The notes below the pieces were generated by a model, which was not told the DNA's origin, did not search any database, and saw only the letters and a list, made by a program, of their open reading frames with translations. Positions 6,702-9,387 of a stretch of 9,387 bases of DNA are shown piece by piece. Each line of letters begins with the position of its first letter. The first letter of the stretch is position 1. The stretch spans positions 1 to 9,387 of the forward strand of contig MTSL01000065.1 in NCBI GenBank assembly GCA_002794465.1, in the 5' to 3' direction. Both the position numbers and the translations under genes were made by a program. The DNA comes from Paramicrosporidium saccamoebae KSL3. Lineage: Eukaryota; Fungi; Cryptomycota.

Positions 6702-7843
6702 ATGTTCGTTGGGATAATACTCCGCTTACTCAATCTAGCGGCGCTAGGTGCTGCTTCGCAGGCCACACTTGCGCCAACCAAGCCATCATACTCTGAATTA
6801 CTGCAACGAGTGACTGAAGACCCCTCGACTTTCTGGGGTCGTTATAAACCACTCTATCCAAAATATAGGGACAGAGAATGTAGTCGCCATGATTTTGAAT
6901 TTATCGAGTTACTCAGTTATAAGGAAGATCCCGATAGTTTTACCCCAGTATCCACCTTGCAGAACACAAGACTTCAAAAAAGAAGGTAGTCGTCAAAACG
7001 ATGTATAGAACTGCCTCGAGTGCAATTAGGATGAACGAGATTGCCCTTCATATGCTCGAACATCCAAATATTCCAAAGGGTATTTGCACATATTTTGAGG
7101 AAAGCACAGGTACAGTAAATTTGGTTATGGAATTTGACACCAAGAAGACTCTCGAGAAGTGGATAGGTACTCCAGAGGGCGCTAACCCTCACTTTCTTCA
7201 AAATATGGCTCGCCAATTGGTAGAGGTGCTGGCCTACCTGCACGACCATCGCATCATTCACAATGACATCAAGCCCTCCAATATTCTGGTATCCGATGAC
7301 GGAAGTGTCAAACTGATTAGCTACGGCTTGGCCACTATCAGTGCGCCCGATGGCACCACGAAAGGGACAGGCACTTCAATATACAACTCGCCAGAGAAAT
7401 TCACCAAACTTTACAATAATGGAGCAGACTGGTATGCACTCGCAGTAACACTGGTTCAATTTAAAACTGGGAAGCACCCGTTTAGCCATGTTAAGAAGCC
7501 TTGGTCACTGAGGAAGGCTCTCCAAAACGGAATAGCTGTGAACACGGATGATCCCGCGTTCAATGACTTTATTCGAAAGCTTTCCCGTGTGGATCCCAAA
7601 GAGCGTTGGAGTCATGCTAATGGAGATATGAGCCTGATTCGAAATCATCCATTTATCACAGGAACTGGCACGATACCAGATTCCTGGGCAAGGAAAAAGG
7701 TCCTCATTTCGGATAGCGCAATAGTAAGTCGTGAAAGCAGTGGTGTACAATGGATAGATCCGAAAAAGCGTGGTTATTGTTTAATAGCACTGCTTGTCCT
7801 CTATCTGTTGTGGCTCGTGATGGGCCAATCTGCTACGATCTAG
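6702..7843 (+). pseudogene. K5: frameshifted kinase paralogue (about 379 aa if restored), probable pseudokinase, with C-terminal hydrophobic anchor
   Basis: It joins ORFs 6702-6989 and 7001-7843. Compared with K4 (ttt acc agt gtc cac ctt gca), K5 reads ttt acc cc agt atc cac ctt gca, i.e. 2 extra C in the run at 6943-6946. The DYG Asp is Ser (agc, 7319-7321). The hydrophobic tail CLIALLVLYLLWLVM lies at 7778-7822. Confidence 0.85.
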
Positions 7844-8513
7844 GAACAATAGCCATTATGTGTAACCATAATCGGGTAGGGGAATCTGTCCTACAAAACG
7901 TTCTGGAATCAATAAAATCGGCCTTTGTTTGGTGTGTCCAGCAAGACATGTATGTATGTAGTGTGGTGGTACTTTGATGGAGCGGATTGATTGCCATATT
8001 ATTTGGGGTTAGTGCTCAGTTTGGAGAAGACATATTTGGAACAATCGATTAAAGACAGTGATATCTTTATCACTTTAATATTACTACTACGTCTCTTGTG
8101 GAACTATAAATAGGCTTACACATTGATAATAAAGGAGTTCTTTTGCCTCCCGAATAAGTAGTAGTGATAAATCATGTGGTATCCCCCGCTGCATGGCGAC
8201 GGGACACTTGTATGCAGCGATCAATTATCGGTAGCAAAGCTCGTTTTTAGATGATCCTGTGCTATGGATCGACCAGTCGCTCACAACGACTTTCAACAAG
8301 CGTTTACCATAAAACTCATTATTTACTGGTCGTTTCGAGTTTTGATTAGTGTCTGGGGCCGGTATGGTGCCGCCTCATGGTAACTCTACAATCTTTTAGA
8401 GACCTCTCACAGATACAGGAAACACCACCCCGAAATGGGACTTGGAGTTCATCCTCGTGCCATTATGTTTCTGGGCGCTTTAAATTAAAGCTCATATAAC
8501 CGGGGATACTGCA
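7844..8513 (+). repeat. Long downstream block of K5, ending in the type-A module before K6
   Basis: Collinear with 5916-6443 and continues directly into ctcatataaccgggg-N8-ATG. Confidence 0.85.
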
Positions 8514-9387
8514 ATGTTCGTTGGGATAATACTCCGCTTGCTCAATCTAGTAGCACTATGCGCTACCTCGCGGATCGCACATTCTTCATCCGAGTTAACC
8601 TACTCTGAATTATTGCGACGGAAGAATGAAAAACTCTTGGATTCTAGGGACCAGTATAACTCGCTCTTTCCAACACATGACGGCAAACTATGCACTCCCC
8701 TTGACTTTAAATATGGCAAGAGAATTAGCGACAATTCAAATTCCTTTTCTTCCACTGAAGTTTTCCTTGCAAAACACAGTGCTTCAGATAAGTCAGTAGT
8801 CATCAAACGTACGTACGAGGTTGCTTTTGCTTCGATCCGGATGGAAGAGATAGTCCTCCATGTACTCAAGCACCCAAACATTCCGGATGGCATCTGCACT
8901 ATTCCCGAGGCAGGAGGCGTGGTGAATTTGGTTATGAACTTTGATACTGAAAAGACTCTCGAGAATTGGATGAAGACGCCAGAGGCCATCACCCCTTACT
9001 TTCTTAAAAATGTGGCACGCCAGTTGGTGGATGTTCTGATCTATCTGCACGACCATCACATCATCCACAATGACATCAAGCCTTCCAATATTTTGGTAAC
9101 TGATGATGGAAGAGTCAAACTGATTGACTACGACTTGGCCACTATCAGCGCGCGTGATGGCACCACCACCAACGGGGCAGGCACTCCACTGTACAGTTCA
9201 CCAGAGAAATTGGACAAATCTAAGCGTTACAATAATGGAGCAGACTGGTATGCCCTCGCAATAACACTACTTGAAGTTAAAAACGGGAAGCACCCGTTTG
9301 ACCATATCAGGGACAAATTTGAATTGCAAAAATTCACCAAATCCTGGGTACCCGAAGATACGGACGATCCCGAGTTTGATAGCTTTG
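8514..9387 (+). CDS. K6: signal-peptide-bearing Ser/Thr protein kinase, 3'-partial (291 codons visible)
   Basis: Manual translation from the ATG at 8514 is open to the window end: MFVGIILRLLNLVALCATS...LCTPLDF...VVIK...GICT...HNDIKPSN...DYD...GTPLYSSPE...ADWYALAI...FDSF. It is not in the ORF track, presumably because no stop is reached. Confidence 0.92.
   Translation, partial: MFVGIILRLLNLVALCATSRIAHSSSELTYSELLRRKNEKLLDSRDQYNSLFPTHDGKLCTPLDFKYGKRISDNSNSFSSTEVFLAKHSASDKSVVIKRTYEVAFASIRMEEIVLHVLKHPNIPDGICTIPEAGGVVNLVMNFDTEKTLENWMKTPEAITPYFLKNVARQLVDVLIYLHDHHIIHNDIKPSNILVTDDGRVKLIDYDLATISARDGTTTNGAGTPLYSSPEKLDKSKRYNNGADWYALAITLLEVKNGKHPFDHIRDKFELQKFTKSWVPEDTDDPEFDSF

Noticed and set aside
6943-6989. 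Programmed -1 frameshift at AAAAAAG (6976-6982) or a mini-intron (gta...cag) rescuing K5
   Set aside because: The heptamer is out of phase with the upstream frame. Either route would scramble or delete the conserved HLAEH strand. A 2-nt insertion in the C run explains the alignment fully.
1416-8513. CRISPR array or transposon explanation for the repeats
   Set aside because: The repeats are long, degenerate gene-plus-spacer duplications. No short regularly spaced repeats, cas genes or transposase ORFs were seen.
578-9068. Many minus-strand and alternate-frame ORFs overlapping the kinases (e.g. 1724-2239, 3617-4012, 8600-8992, 2019-2294)
   Set aside because: These are shadow frames of the kinase CDSs. 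Their mutual similarity (e.g. MISNLVHISI) mirrors the sense-strand paralogy, and they vary in start, length and frame.
330-9387. Assigning a gene symbol or a source organism
   Set aside because: The motifs suggest AGC ancestry but match no specific orthologue I recognise. The taxon cannot be determined without a database search.

Overview
The window is a head-to-tail tandem array of six + strand, intronless paralogues of a eukaryotic-type Ser/Thr protein kinase, labelled K1-K6: 330-1415, 1682-2659, 3470-4504, 4761-5915, 6702-7843 (frameshifted) and 8514->9387 (runs off the window and is absent from the ORF track). Each copy has a near-identical N-terminal hydrophobic signal-like peptide, a short conserved linker and an AGC-like, non-RD kinase domain with no GxGxxG loop. 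C-termini are either a soluble tail ending in LxDF (K1, K3, and a frameshifted-off tail of K2) or a terminal hydrophobic TM/GPI-like anchor (K4, K5). The copies show patchwork identity, catalytic-motif substitutions, two frameshifts in short homopolymer runs, and spacers built from duplicated modules. My inference is a rapidly evolving family of secreted or surface kinases and pseudokinases, possibly host-directed effectors of a compact-genome eukaryotic parasite or symbiont. The organism cannot be identified from the sequence alone. No RNA genes, CRISPR array or transposase were seen.
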